64,000 nt of DNA. Source: Gemmatimonadota bacterium. GTDB lineage: Bacteria; Gemmatimonadota; Gemmatimonadetes; Gemmatimonadales; GWC2-71-9. The notes beneath the pieces were generated by a model. The model was not told the DNA's origin and ran no database searches. It saw nothing but the letters and a program-made list of their open reading frames with translations. Position numbers and translations under genes: made by a program. The DNA is taken from assembly GCA_036679605.1 (NCBI GenBank), contig JAZDCZ010000324.1, positions 1 to 64,000 of the forward strand. The letters run 5' to 3'. Shown here one piece after another: positions 1-8,545 of this stretch; the first letter of the stretch is position 1, and every line of letters starts with the position of its first letter.

Positions 1-1170
1 CCCAGATACTAACCTGGCACGACGCCTGGCTTCCCAATCAAGCGCATGACCCCGTTTGCACGGGCTCAGTTAGGCGGCTGGGCTTGCCAGGCGCGGCCAC
101 TGCTGCTGTTTCGTTCGACCGAGCGGTTTGTTCTTGAACGAGCCGTTGAAGTTCTCTCCAGTACTCAGCACATGGTAAACGATGCGGGCAATCTCTAGTG
201 CAACGAGCGTACGAGCGACCTTGATGGGCTTCCTCCTGGCCTTGGCTCGGTAGAACGATCGGATCTCGGGGTAATACTGCACAGCTCTTATGCAGGCGTG
301 GCTGAATGCGATCTTCAAGTAGCGGTTGCCTGCCTTGGAGCCCGAGCGATGCCGGTTCTTGCCGGCCGAGTTGGGCACCAGGTACCAGACGGCAGTAAGA
401 GAAAAACTGCCGTACTGAGGGAAATCGTTCGATGTCGTCAATCTCGGTGTAGATGGTAAAGGCATTGACCTTTCCGATCCCAGGTATCCAGAGCATACGT
501 TGGACATCTGAGTTGGGGATTAGATGTGGGTGAAGAGCTGCCTCGAGGGCCTTTCTTTGCTGGTTCAGTAATTCAATCTGAAGCTCATGGCTGGCAGCTT
601 GCAGGCGATATAGTCCGTCCAGCTCGGCGACGCTTCTGGCGTTGAACTTTTCCAGAAGGCGCTCGATGCTGTTTTTGCAGCTGCCACATTTCTCAACCAG
701 CCGCAGCCGTGCACGCATGAGATCTCTAGGGGCACGTCTCTCTCTAGCGATCATGTGAGCTTCGGGAATGAGATCGGCTTGCAGCAGCAGGGCCAGGATG
801 TCGGAGTCGACTTTGTCTGTCTTCACCTTTGCGGCCGAGATTGCCTTGAGTCTGGTGGCATGAGCGAGCGTGAGTTCCACGCCCAGATCCCCGAGTAGGT
901 CGGCCAGCCAGTACCAGCTGCCAGTGGACTCGACCACCGCTTTGTGTGGTCCTGGGAATTGTGCGAAGTAGCGTCGGATGAGCAGCGGGCTGTTGGGTAC
1001 TCGTTCCTGTTTGACGATGGTGCTCTCCGGGCCATAGGTTGTGATGTAGGAATCCCGTTTGTGTTGATCGATGCCTGAGTAAAACATGGGGTGCCCTCCT
1101 GGGGTAATGGATCGACGAATCTCACTTGCCAATTGAGACGTTACTCCTCGAGGGCACTTCTTGGAAACAT
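1..1170 (-). mobile_element. IS110-family insertion sequence; left end near 1170, right end runs off the window
   Basis: Only about 80 bp separate the ATG from an attC-like sequence starting near 1171. Structured non-coding DNA follows the stop codon (1-69). Confidence 0.7.
70..1087 (-). pseudogene. IS110-family (IS1111-like) DEDD transposase/recombinase, frameshifted at about 373-376
   Basis: ATG at 1087 follows AGGAGG. N-terminus has SGIDQHK..VVEST..KTDKVDS (DEDD RuvC-like domain) and IPGIGKVNA. The C-terminal domain NSAGK..GSKAGNRYLK continues in a different frame (ORF 70..507). Confidence 0.9.
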
Positions 1171-1265
1171 CAAGCGATTGCTGCCGTCGCGATGAGCACT
1201 CAGGCTCGCGCGTACCGCTTGCGGTCCACATCTTGGACGCGCAGCAGAATCGCGGGACGTTATGT
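1168..1265 (+). other. attC-like recombination site with damaged R'' box
   Basis: GCGATT[G]CTGCCG pairs with GCAGCAGAATCGC, leaving an extrahelical G. R' is GTTATGT at 1259-1265. The left arm CAAGCGATTGCT matches the attC at 51681, but R'' reads ACAT-C rather than RYYYAAC. Confidence 0.7.
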
Positions 1266-1540
1266 GGCCTTCCCGGGTACGAGGTGATGGTCCTTGATCC
1301 GACAGCCGTGCTGCGCTGGCCTCGACCCGCATCATAAAATGGCTCGACCGTCTCTTACCTAATCCTCAAAAACAACTCCCGGACATGGGAAGCCGGGGAA
1401 AGCCCTGTGCTGGAAGGCCTTAGATGAGGGAGAGTTGACAGTGTCCTGGTATAGATTGCAAGTAGCCATTGCGGAGTCGGTGTGAGGAAGCCAGCATCCG
1501 CCCCGAGTGTTCTTGCCCCACCCCCTTAGATTCTTCCCCC

Positions 1541-3499
1541 GTGATCTCCATTTCCAATCTCGAGAAGTCCTTTGGAGACCGTACACTGTTTGCCGGGGTG
1601 TCATTTCAGCTCAACGCGGGCGAGCGGTACGGACTCGTTGGCGCGAACGGCTCCGGCAAGACAACCCTGCTCCGGATCTTGAGCGGCGACTTGGTTCCGG
1701 ATAATGGGACGGTCTCGCTCCCCAAACGACTCCGGCTCGGCGTTCTTCGTCAGGATCAGTTCCTCCATGACGACCAGGAGATTTTGGGTGTCGCGCTACA
1801 AGGCCATCCGGAATTGTGGAACGCGATGGTAGAAAAAGAAGCGCTGCTCGCGAAAGCCGAGGAGTACTTCGATGCCGATCGTTTCACCGCATTGGAGGAC
1901 ATCGTGGAACGACACGATGGCTACGCAGCCGAGGCGCGCGCCGCGACCATTCTGGAGGGATTAGGAATTCCGAGTGACGTACATCGCCATCCGCTCTCGA
2001 CCTTGTCCGGAGGCTTCCGCCTTCGGGTACTCCTCGCGCAAGTGCTTGCGGGCAATCCGGATGTGGTACTTCTGGACGAGCCCACAAACCATCTCGATAT
2101 CCTGTCGATTCGGTGGCTCGAGAAATTCCTGCGAGACTTCGCTGGCGTCGCCCTGGTGATTTCGCACGACCATCGTTTCCTCGACAACATTGCAACGACG
2201 ATCCTCGATGTCGATTACGAGACCGTGCTCTCGTACGCTGGGAACTACAGTGATTTTCTCAAAGCGAAGGTCGCTGAACGCGACCGTCGCGTGAAGAGCA
2301 TAGCGGCGCGCGAGCGTGAGATCGCGCACCACCAGAAGTTCGTTGACCGCTTTCGCGCCAAGGCGAGCAAAGCGAGACAGGCGCAGAGCAAAATCCGCAT
2401 GATTGAGAAGAAAGCGCAGGGGCTCGACGAGCTACCGCAGAGCTCACGGTGTTACCCCACGTTTCACTTGGGGCAGCGACGTGACAGTGGACGCGATGTG
2501 CTGATCGTGCGGGGCGTCACAAAGGCCTTCGACCGCAACGAGGTCCTGCACGATGTCGACCTCACGGTCGCCCGCGGTGACCGCCTGGCCATCATGGGGC
2601 CGAACGGGATCGGCAAGTCGACGCTTCTCAAGATCGTGCTGGGTCAGCTAGATGCCGACGCCGGGCAGGTGCAGTGGGGTTACGAGACCCATCCAGGATA
2701 CTTCGCCCAGAACCACCGAGACGAATTCGGGGCGAAGAAAGGCACTGCGGAAGATTGGGTGTGGAGTTTTTGCCCCGACAGAGATTTCGGATACGTGCGT
2801 GGTGCCATGGGGCGATTGCTCTTCACCGGCGACGACGGCAAGAAGCCATTGCGCGCCCTCTCGGGCGGCGAAACCACGCGCCTCGTGTTCGCCCGTCTCA
2901 GTATCGAGCAACCCAACGTGCTGGTTCTCGACGAACCGACCAACCATCTGGACCTCGAGTCGATCGAAGCGCTAGTAGAGGGTCTCGATGCCTATCCGGG
3001 CACGCTCATTTTTGTCTCGCACGATCGATGGTTCGTAAGTCAGTTGGCGACTCGTGTACTCGAGATCAAGCCTGACCGTATCACTGATTATCTCGGTACG
3101 TATGACGAATACGTCCACGCGTGCGGAGACGACCACCTCGACGTCGATCACGTCGTCCTGAAGGCTCGATTAGGAAAGCAGCGGAACGATCCAGCACACC
3201 TCGACGCATCCCGCAGTGCTCCTACGTCCAAGGCAAACCCCCAGAGAGAGCTGGACAGGTGCCGGCGCCGACTCCGAACCGTCACCGAGAGAATTGAGAT
3301 TGCCGAGAGCCGAGTACTCGCAATTGATGAGCTGTTTTGCCAATCGGACTATTCCGCGCGCTCTCGGTCCGAGGAGGTGCGCGAACTAGAAGAAGAGCGC
3401 ACCAATCTGCAGAGTGAACTCGGGGAACTCCTCACCGATTGGGAATCAATTGAAGATGAGGTCGAAACATTGGAGGATCTGCTCGGGGGTGCCGATTAG
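1541..3499 (+). CDS. ABC-F family ATP-binding protein (YbiT/YheS-like)
   Basis: Two ABC domains (GANGSGKT/LSGG/LLDEPTNHLD and GPNGIGKS/LSGGE/VLDEPTNHLD), inter-domain linker, C-terminal coiled coil, no TM segments. GTG at 1541 is the likely start. Confidence 0.92.
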   Translation: MISISNLEKSFGDRTLFAGVSFQLNAGERYGLVGANGSGKTTLLRILSGDLVPDNGTVSLPKRLRLGVLRQDQFLHDDQEILGVALQGHPELWNAMVEKEALLAKAEEYFDADRFTALEDIVERHDGYAAEARAATILEGLGIPSDVHRHPLSTLSGGFRLRVLLAQVLAGNPDVVLLDEPTNHLDILSIRWLEKFLRDFAGVALVISHDHRFLDNIATTILDVDYETVLSYAGNYSDFLKAKVAERDRRVKSIAAREREIAHHQKFVDRFRAKASKARQAQSKIRMIEKKAQGLDELPQSSRCYPTFHLGQRRDSGRDVLIVRGVTKAFDRNEVLHDVDLTVARGDRLAIMGPNGIGKSTLLKIVLGQLDADAGQVQWGYETHPGYFAQNHRDEFGAKKGTAEDWVWSFCPDRDFGYVRGAMGRLLFTGDDGKKPLRALSGGETTRLVFARLSIEQPNVLVLDEPTNHLDLESIEALVEGLDAYPGTLIFVSHDRWFVSQLATRVLEIKPDRITDYLGTYDEYVHACGDDHLDVDHVVLKARLGKQRNDPAHLDASRSAPTSKANPQRELDRCRRRLRTVTERIEIAESRVLAIDELFCQSDYSARSRSEEVRELEEERTNLQSELGELLTDWESIEDEVETLEDLLGGAD

Positions 3500-3599
3500 C
3501 AGCACGCTGCCAGCGCGGCCGTGGTCTTGAAGTTGCGCATCGGCGTGTCACGGTTCACCGACCAGACCCGATCCCTCACGGCCGCGGCCATTGCGCCTG

Positions 3600-3672
3600 G
3601 TGCTCACAGCGGGAGCCGCCTTCATTTGCGAAAACGTGGTTGGCGGTGCAGCTCAATCGTGATCCGTTAAAC
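3600..3672 (+). other. Degenerate attC-like site (right half recognisable)
   Basis: GGCGGTGCAGCTCAATCGTGATCCGTTAAAC ends in R' GTTAAAC (3666-3672). The cassette duplication at 7926 starts at the equivalent GTT. Confidence 0.5.
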
Positions 3673-3712
3673 TGCTTGTCTTACGCGGGCAAGCGAGTAC
3701 TGGAGATTACGC

Positions 3713-4207
3713 ATGCGAATGATCATTTGCGGACTTACCGCACTGATGTTGGTGTCCTTTCCGAGAAACGCCATTGCCCAGATGGGGGACAACGAGTCGT
3801 CTGCCAAAACTCCCCACTGGCTAGCGGGTTGTTGGGAGCGAAGCGCCGGCGAGCTAGTGATTGAGGAGCACTGGATGTTCGTGCGAGCTAGAACGATGCT
3901 GGGGATGAGCCGCACCGTTCGAGGGGACGAGTTGGTGGGCTACGAGCTGGTTCTACTCCGCGAAGAAGAATCTGGGTGGGCGTACGAAGCACATCCATCC
4001 GGGCAGCAGCAGGATAGCTTCAGGCTGTCAGCGATGACCGATACGAGCATAGCATTTTCCAATCCTGATCATGATTTCCCACAGACCATCACGTACTTCA
4101 GGCTTCGTTCAGACTCGTTGATTGCCCGGATCGCAGGTGAGCGAGGCGGCCAGCTTCGCGAAGTCGATTTTCCATATCGCCGTGTCGCTTGCCCGGGAAA
4201 TGACTAG
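3713..4207 (+). CDS. Secreted DUF6265-like protein, cassette-borne
   Basis: Signal peptide, WLAGCW..EEHW..FSNPDHDFPQTITY pattern, GGAG RBS. Lies between GTTAAAC and the R''-like GTCTAAT (4218-4224). Confidence 0.8.
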   Translation: MRMIICGLTALMLVSFPRNAIAQMGDNESSAKTPHWLAGCWERSAGELVIEEHWMFVRARTMLGMSRTVRGDELVGYELVLLREEESGWAYEAHPSGQQQDSFRLSAMTDTSIAFSNPDHDFPQTITYFRLRSDSLIARIAGERGGQLREVDFPYRRVACPGND

Positions 4208-4226
4208 CCGGCGAACCGTCTAATAC

Positions 4227-4353
4227 CTATAAGGCCTCCCTTGTCAAGCGGGCCGTAGCTAGACAACACGGGTTTTCTTGCTTCCGTTGTTCGGTTTGTT
4301 TTCCAGCAGCGGTGCTCTGACTTCATTTCAAATGCGGTGCGATGCTCCGATGG
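4227..4353 (-). repeat. IS1111-like right-end remnant, copy 1, inserted after an attC R'' box
   Basis: Minus strand ends GCTTGACAAGGGAGGCCTTATAG. Closely similar to 8057-8183, and the terminal 25 bp recur at 54260-54284. Confidence 0.6.
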
Positions 4354-4380
4354 TTTGCCACGGCTAAAGCCGCAGCTCGG

Positions 4381-6286
4381 GTGCGCCTGTGAGCGTGTTT
4401 GGTCGGAGAGGTGGAAGTCCTCTCCAGGCATGCACACTCCGGCCTGTAATCAACAGTAACTGCGTCCTTGCGAAAGGGGGTGGGAAGCAACTGGAGATGA
4501 AAGAGCAGTCCGTAGGATGACGAACTCGATTCGGCCGGGCCGACCGGCGAGCCTGCCCGAGCAGGGCGAAGCCCGGAAAGAGCCTGTCGCGCTGAGGGGT
4601 TGTGTGTTAAAGCGGCGTCAGGGGTTGGTCAGGTGGTTGGAGACGGAATGCTCTGAAGGCCAGACACGTGAAGCAGGGAGACCTGGGTGGCAAGAGGGAC
4701 GGAGTTCATACGCGTACAGCTGGCGCCGCTGCGCTGGCCGAGGCCGTCGAAGAGCCGACCACTCAGGAGTCAGAGCGTCCATAGTAGCGATGAAGCCGGG
4801 TAATGCCGGTGGAGCGAAGGGACGCAGGAAGGTGGATGAGGGATGACCAGATCATCGGAAACCAAACCGGGCGCAGTGTCTGGGGTGCGGCATCGCCGTG
4901 CCCGGACTCGACCCGACGGAGAGGTTCGCACCCGCTGGTCGTGGACTGAACCGGCGGTCTGGACAAACCGCATGTTGACGGCACTGGAGAATGGAGTGCA
5001 AGGAGGGAAATGGTTTCGACTGATTGACAAGGTCTACTCGGGAGCGAACTTGCTGGCTGCACACAAACGAGTAGCAGCCAACAAGGGAGCTGCTGGCGTA
5101 GATCAGGTGACGGTTGGTGCTTTCACGCGCTACCTGGATGACAATCTGCAGCGGCTAGGGCAGGCGTTACGGAAACAGACGTATCGTCCGCAGGCAGTTC
5201 GCCGTGTGTGGATACCCAAACCGGGCCGGAAGGTCAAGCGACCACTCGGCATACCCACGGTGCGGGATCGGGTGGTGCAAGCTGCACTTCGCAATGTAAT
5301 GGAGCCCATCTTCGAGCGGGATTTTGCCGAGCATAGCTACGGTTTTCGTCCTGGGCGCGGTTGTAAGGATGCGCTGCGACGCGTCAATGCGCTGGTGAAG
5401 GCGGGGTATCGTTACGTTGTGGATGCGGATCTGGAAAGTTATTTCGACACGATTCCGCACGATGGGTTGTTGGCGCTTATCCGGGAGAGAGTCGGCGATG
5501 GCCGAGTGCTGTCGCTTATTGAGATGTTCCTCAAGCAAGGTGTGTTAGATGGCCTCCATGAATGGACGCCGCAACGTGGCAGTCCACAAGGGGCCGTCAT
5601 CTCGCCACTGTTGTCGAACGTGTATCTCGATCCGCTAGATCATTTGATGGCAGAGCGGGACTTTCAGATGGTGCGTTATGCTGATGACTTTGTCGTGCTG
5701 TGTCGGACGCGAGCGGAGGCTGAGGCAGCATTGGAACTGGTGCGGGCGTGGACGGTCGAGGTTGGCCTCACCCTGCATCCTGAGAAGACGGACATCGTCG
5801 ACGTAGAAGTCGAGGGCGTGGATTTCCTAGGGTACCATTTCCAAGGGCGTACACGCTGGCCCCGGAAGCAGAGCATTGCTAAGCTCAAAGAGTTGATCCG
5901 GGCCAAGACTCGTCGGGCCAATGGACACAGCCTGAGTTTTATCATAGCAGATGTGAACCGGACGCTGCGGGGCTGGTTCGGCTACTATCAGCACAGCCAC
6001 TGGACCAGTTTTGGGAATTTGGATGGTTGGATCCGCATGCGCCTGCGTTCTATTCTGCGCCGCCGCGCCGGTCGTCATGGTCGAGGCTACGGCTACCGCG
6101 ATTACGCTCTCTGGCCGAACGCCTTCTTTGCCGAGCATGGGCTGTTTTCCCTAGTTACCGCCCATGGCTTGGTCCGTCAATCCTCTTAGAGGTGAGACTA
6201 CCAACTGGAGAGCCGGATGCGAGAGAACCGCACGTCCGGTTCGGAGGGAGGGGGGACCGAAACCAATCGGTTCTCCCTACCCCTAT
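4381..6286 (+). mobile_element. Group II intron (ribozyme plus RT/maturase ORF)
   Basis: 5' end GTGCG at 4381. Domain V GAGCCGGATGCGAGAGAACCGCACGTCCGGTTC at about 6208-6243. Domain VI hairpin ends CCCTACCCCTAT at 6286. Confidence 0.9.
4843..6189 (+). CDS. ltrA: Group II intron reverse transcriptase/maturase, no endonuclease domain
   Basis: NKGAAGVD, RPLGIPTVRDR, SYGFRPGR, PQGAVISPLL, RYADD, FLGY, and domain X LRGWFGYY. ORF is intact. Confidence 0.95.
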   Translation: MTRSSETKPGAVSGVRHRRARTRPDGEVRTRWSWTEPAVWTNRMLTALENGVQGGKWFRLIDKVYSGANLLAAHKRVAANKGAAGVDQVTVGAFTRYLDDNLQRLGQALRKQTYRPQAVRRVWIPKPGRKVKRPLGIPTVRDRVVQAALRNVMEPIFERDFAEHSYGFRPGRGCKDALRRVNALVKAGYRYVVDADLESYFDTIPHDGLLALIRERVGDGRVLSLIEMFLKQGVLDGLHEWTPQRGSPQGAVISPLLSNVYLDPLDHLMAERDFQMVRYADDFVVLCRTRAEAEAALELVRAWTVEVGLTLHPEKTDIVDVEVEGVDFLGYHFQGRTRWPRKQSIAKLKELIRAKTRRANGHSLSFIIADVNRTLRGWFGYYQHSHWTSFGNLDGWIRMRLRSILRRRAGRHGRGYGYRDYALWPNAFFAEHGLFSLVTAHGLVRQSS

Positions 6287-6318
6287 CTGCCCACGGCGAG
6301 TGAGCGCTGACGTTATGC
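6287..6318 (+). other. Right half of an attC-like site (3' exon of the intron)
   Basis: GCGAGTGAGCGCTGACGTTATGC, with R' GTTATGC at 6312-6318; similar to 51556-51580. Confidence 0.55.
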
Positions 6319-6494
6319 GCACCTGACCTACCATGTGATGCTGGACGCGAGGATCGACAGTTCGGAGCGTTGTGTGCGCGCTACTTGGTAGAGGGTCGAA
6401 CATGCGGCGAGATGTCGGGTATTCCACGTTGACCTGCCGGTGCCTACAGAGGCATGATCGCGAGTTTAAGAGACGAGTCAAGCAAGGAGACTGA

Positions 6495-7826
6495 ATGTAC
6501 TCCCACCAATCCCCGAAGATCTGGCACATGAAAAGCGCTAACGACTGGCTCCGGGGGCTGGCACCCGCTTTCCGATCGGCCGGAACCCTGTGCCTCCTGA
6601 TGCTCTTGGCCTCCCCAGGCGCTTCCGCACAGTCTGCTGAGAAGCAGCTCTCCGAGGCCAAGGTGATCACCGTTCGACCGGGTGACCCCCGTGTGGACGG
6701 ACACCAGCTTCCGTCTGTTACGGCAAGTTGGCGTGTGACTCGCACTGCACCCGGCGGGGAGGAATCTGAGGTTGGGGTCTGGACCGATACATGGAAGGTG
6801 GTCGAGCGAGACGGGGAAGAACTACAGCGTTTCGAGACCGTTGTTACGAGGGTCGATCAGGATCTTCGTCACGACATCACTTACAAACGCCTGCCAACCC
6901 TCGCGGTCGCTGCCGTCGAGCTGTTCAACTACAACGGCAAGGGCGGCTGGGCCTACCTCCACTATGACGCGGGGCGGGCGACGAGTGTCTTTCGCCGCGA
7001 GCAGGGCTCGGAGACCCTATCGGAGTCCGAGGATCTCGGGGAGCGAGTGTTCTCGGCGGGCTCAGAGGTCGAGTTGCTGCAATTTTTCGAGCCTGCGGTA
7101 GGTCTCAAGTTGCGCTACCCGACTCACGACCAGGCCAAGGGTGGAATCGTCTGGGTCACCGCTCAGGTCGTCGGAAGGCAAGTCGACGACGACGGGGCGT
7201 TTCGCGGAACGGAGGTCTGGCTAGTCGAGAACTCCCTTCAGTGGAAGTACCGGCTCCTGACACACCCTCCCTACGTGTTGCGGCTCGAAACCACAACGGC
7301 AGGCGGCGTGGTGACACGCTGGGAGCTGATCGATTACCGTCTCTTGGCGAAGTCGGGCACGGATGGAAGACATCCCGTGATGGCAGACGGCGACAGTCGA
7401 CTCGATGGGGTGTGGCGGCTGGTGATGGCCGAGGTGATCGGACCGGACGGCGTGCATCGTCCTGGCCACGCCCAGGAGAGCTTTCTCATGTTCTCAAAGG
7501 ACTACTACAGCATGAACTGGGCGGGGGGCAAGGCACCCGCACCATTTTCTGCGAAGCCGCTCCGTCCGACCGATGCCGAGAAGATTACTCGGTATAGCTC
7601 GCTCATCGTGAACGCGGGGCGTTTCGAAGTATCGGACGGGAAGCTGACGATCCGGCACGAGTGCGAACTCGGGCCGGAGTACGTCGGCGGCCTCGGCGAG
7701 TTCGACTATGCGGTGAGTGGCGATACGCTGGATCTCGTCTGGCGTACGATCGAATCAGCGGACGGCACGCCCGACCCGGCCACGGCCGCGGGAGTGCGTT
7801 TCCACTACACGTGGATTCGAAGGTAG
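6495..7826 (+). CDS. Secreted hypothetical protein with C-terminal lipocalin-like domain, cassette-borne
   Basis: AAGGAG RBS, signal peptide, LDGVWRLV..NAGRFEV motif. Lies between GTTATGCGCACC and the partly complementary GGTGCTTTATAAG. Confidence 0.7.
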   Translation: MYSHQSPKIWHMKSANDWLRGLAPAFRSAGTLCLLMLLASPGASAQSAEKQLSEAKVITVRPGDPRVDGHQLPSVTASWRVTRTAPGGEESEVGVWTDTWKVVERDGEELQRFETVVTRVDQDLRHDITYKRLPTLAVAAVELFNYNGKGGWAYLHYDAGRATSVFRREQGSETLSESEDLGERVFSAGSEVELLQFFEPAVGLKLRYPTHDQAKGGIVWVTAQVVGRQVDDDGAFRGTEVWLVENSLQWKYRLLTHPPYVLRLETTTAGGVVTRWELIDYRLLAKSGTDGRHPVMADGDSRLDGVWRLVMAEVIGPDGVHRPGHAQESFLMFSKDYYSMNWAGGKAPAPFSAKPLRPTDAEKITRYSSLIVNAGRFEVSDGKLTIRHECELGPEYVGGLGEFDYAVSGDTLDLVWRTIESADGTPDPATAAGVRFHYTWIRR

Positions 7827-7837
7827 CTGCCGGTGCT

Positions 7838-7932
7838 TTATAAGAAACGTTTGCTGCCGGCGCCGGAGACCTGTGTAGCGCTATCGCCGACTGGCCTCGC
7901 GGGCGCGCAGCGGAAATGGAGAATCGTTGGAC
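7838..7932 (+). other. attC site with mutated R''
   Basis: CGTTT[G]CTGCCG[G]CGCC pairs with GGCGCGCAGCGGAAATG. R' is GTTGGAC at 7926-7932; R'' has decayed to TTATAAG. Confidence 0.7.
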
Positions 7933-8054
7933 TGCTCGCCTTCGGCGGACAAGCGAGTGCTGGAGATTACGTATGCGAATGATCACTTGCGGACTTACCG
8001 CGCTGATGTTGGTGTCGCTTGCCCGGGAAATGGCTAGCTGGTGAACTGTGTAAC
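7926..8054 (+). pseudogene. Internally deleted second copy of the DUF6265-like cassette
   Basis: 7926-8016 aligns with 3666-3756 and 8012-8054 aligns with 4182-4224, joined at a shared GTGTC. Confidence 0.85.
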
Positions 8055-8056
8055 AC

Positions 8057-8183
8057 CTGTAAGGCCTCCGCTGTCAAGCGGCCGTAGCTAGACAACATGG
8101 GTTTTCTTGCTTCCCGTTGTTCGGTTCGTTTTTCAGCAACGGCGCTCTGACTTCATTTCAAATACGGCGCGATGTTCTGATGG
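8057..8183 (-). repeat. IS1111-like right-end remnant, copy 2
   Basis: Diverged copy of 4227-4353, again 2 nt after R'' (GTGTAAC, 8048-8054). Confidence 0.6.
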
Positions 8184-8269
8184 GAGCGGCAGAACCGTTG
8201 GGCCGCACAAGCGCTGAGGGGACGTCAGCGTCCTTGACTTGGCAGCGTTTGTTAGATATTTCCGACTCG

Positions 8270-8539
8270 ATGCCCCGCGTCTCATTTACTCCCAACATCC
8301 AGCGACACGTCGAGTGCCCATCCTCAGACGTCGTAGGCGAGACCGTTCGGGAGGTACTTGAAAATCTTTTTGCAGAGAAGACGAGGGCGCGCGGCTACGT
8401 GCTAGACGATCAGGGTGTTCTGCGGCAGCATATGGTAATCTTCGTCGACGGCAGGCCGGTTCAAGATCGCAAGGACCTGAGTGATCGGGTGTCGCCGGAT
8501 GCCGAGATCTACATTATGCAGGCGCTCTCCGGAGGGTGA
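8270..8539 (+). CDS. MoaD/ThiS family ubiquitin-like protein
   Basis: About 89 aa ending QALSGG; ATG at 8270. Confidence 0.9.
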   Translation: MPRVSFTPNIQRHVECPSSDVVGETVREVLENLFAEKTRARGYVLDDQGVLRQHMVIFVDGRPVQDRKDLSDRVSPDAEIYIMQALSGG

Positions 8540-8545
8540 CGAATC

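Noticed and set aside
1088..1231. N-terminal extension of the transposase in the ORF track
   Set aside because: A strong RBS precedes ATG 1087, and the extension runs through the IS end and the attC.
4843..6189. RT as a retron, DGR, CRISPR-associated or defence RT
   Set aside because: It has domain X and is enclosed by a GTGCG 5' end and canonical domains V and VI, so it is a group II intron protein.
4381..6286. Class IIC-attC intron
   Set aside because: Domain V is full length with an AGC triad, and the intron is parallel to the cassettes.
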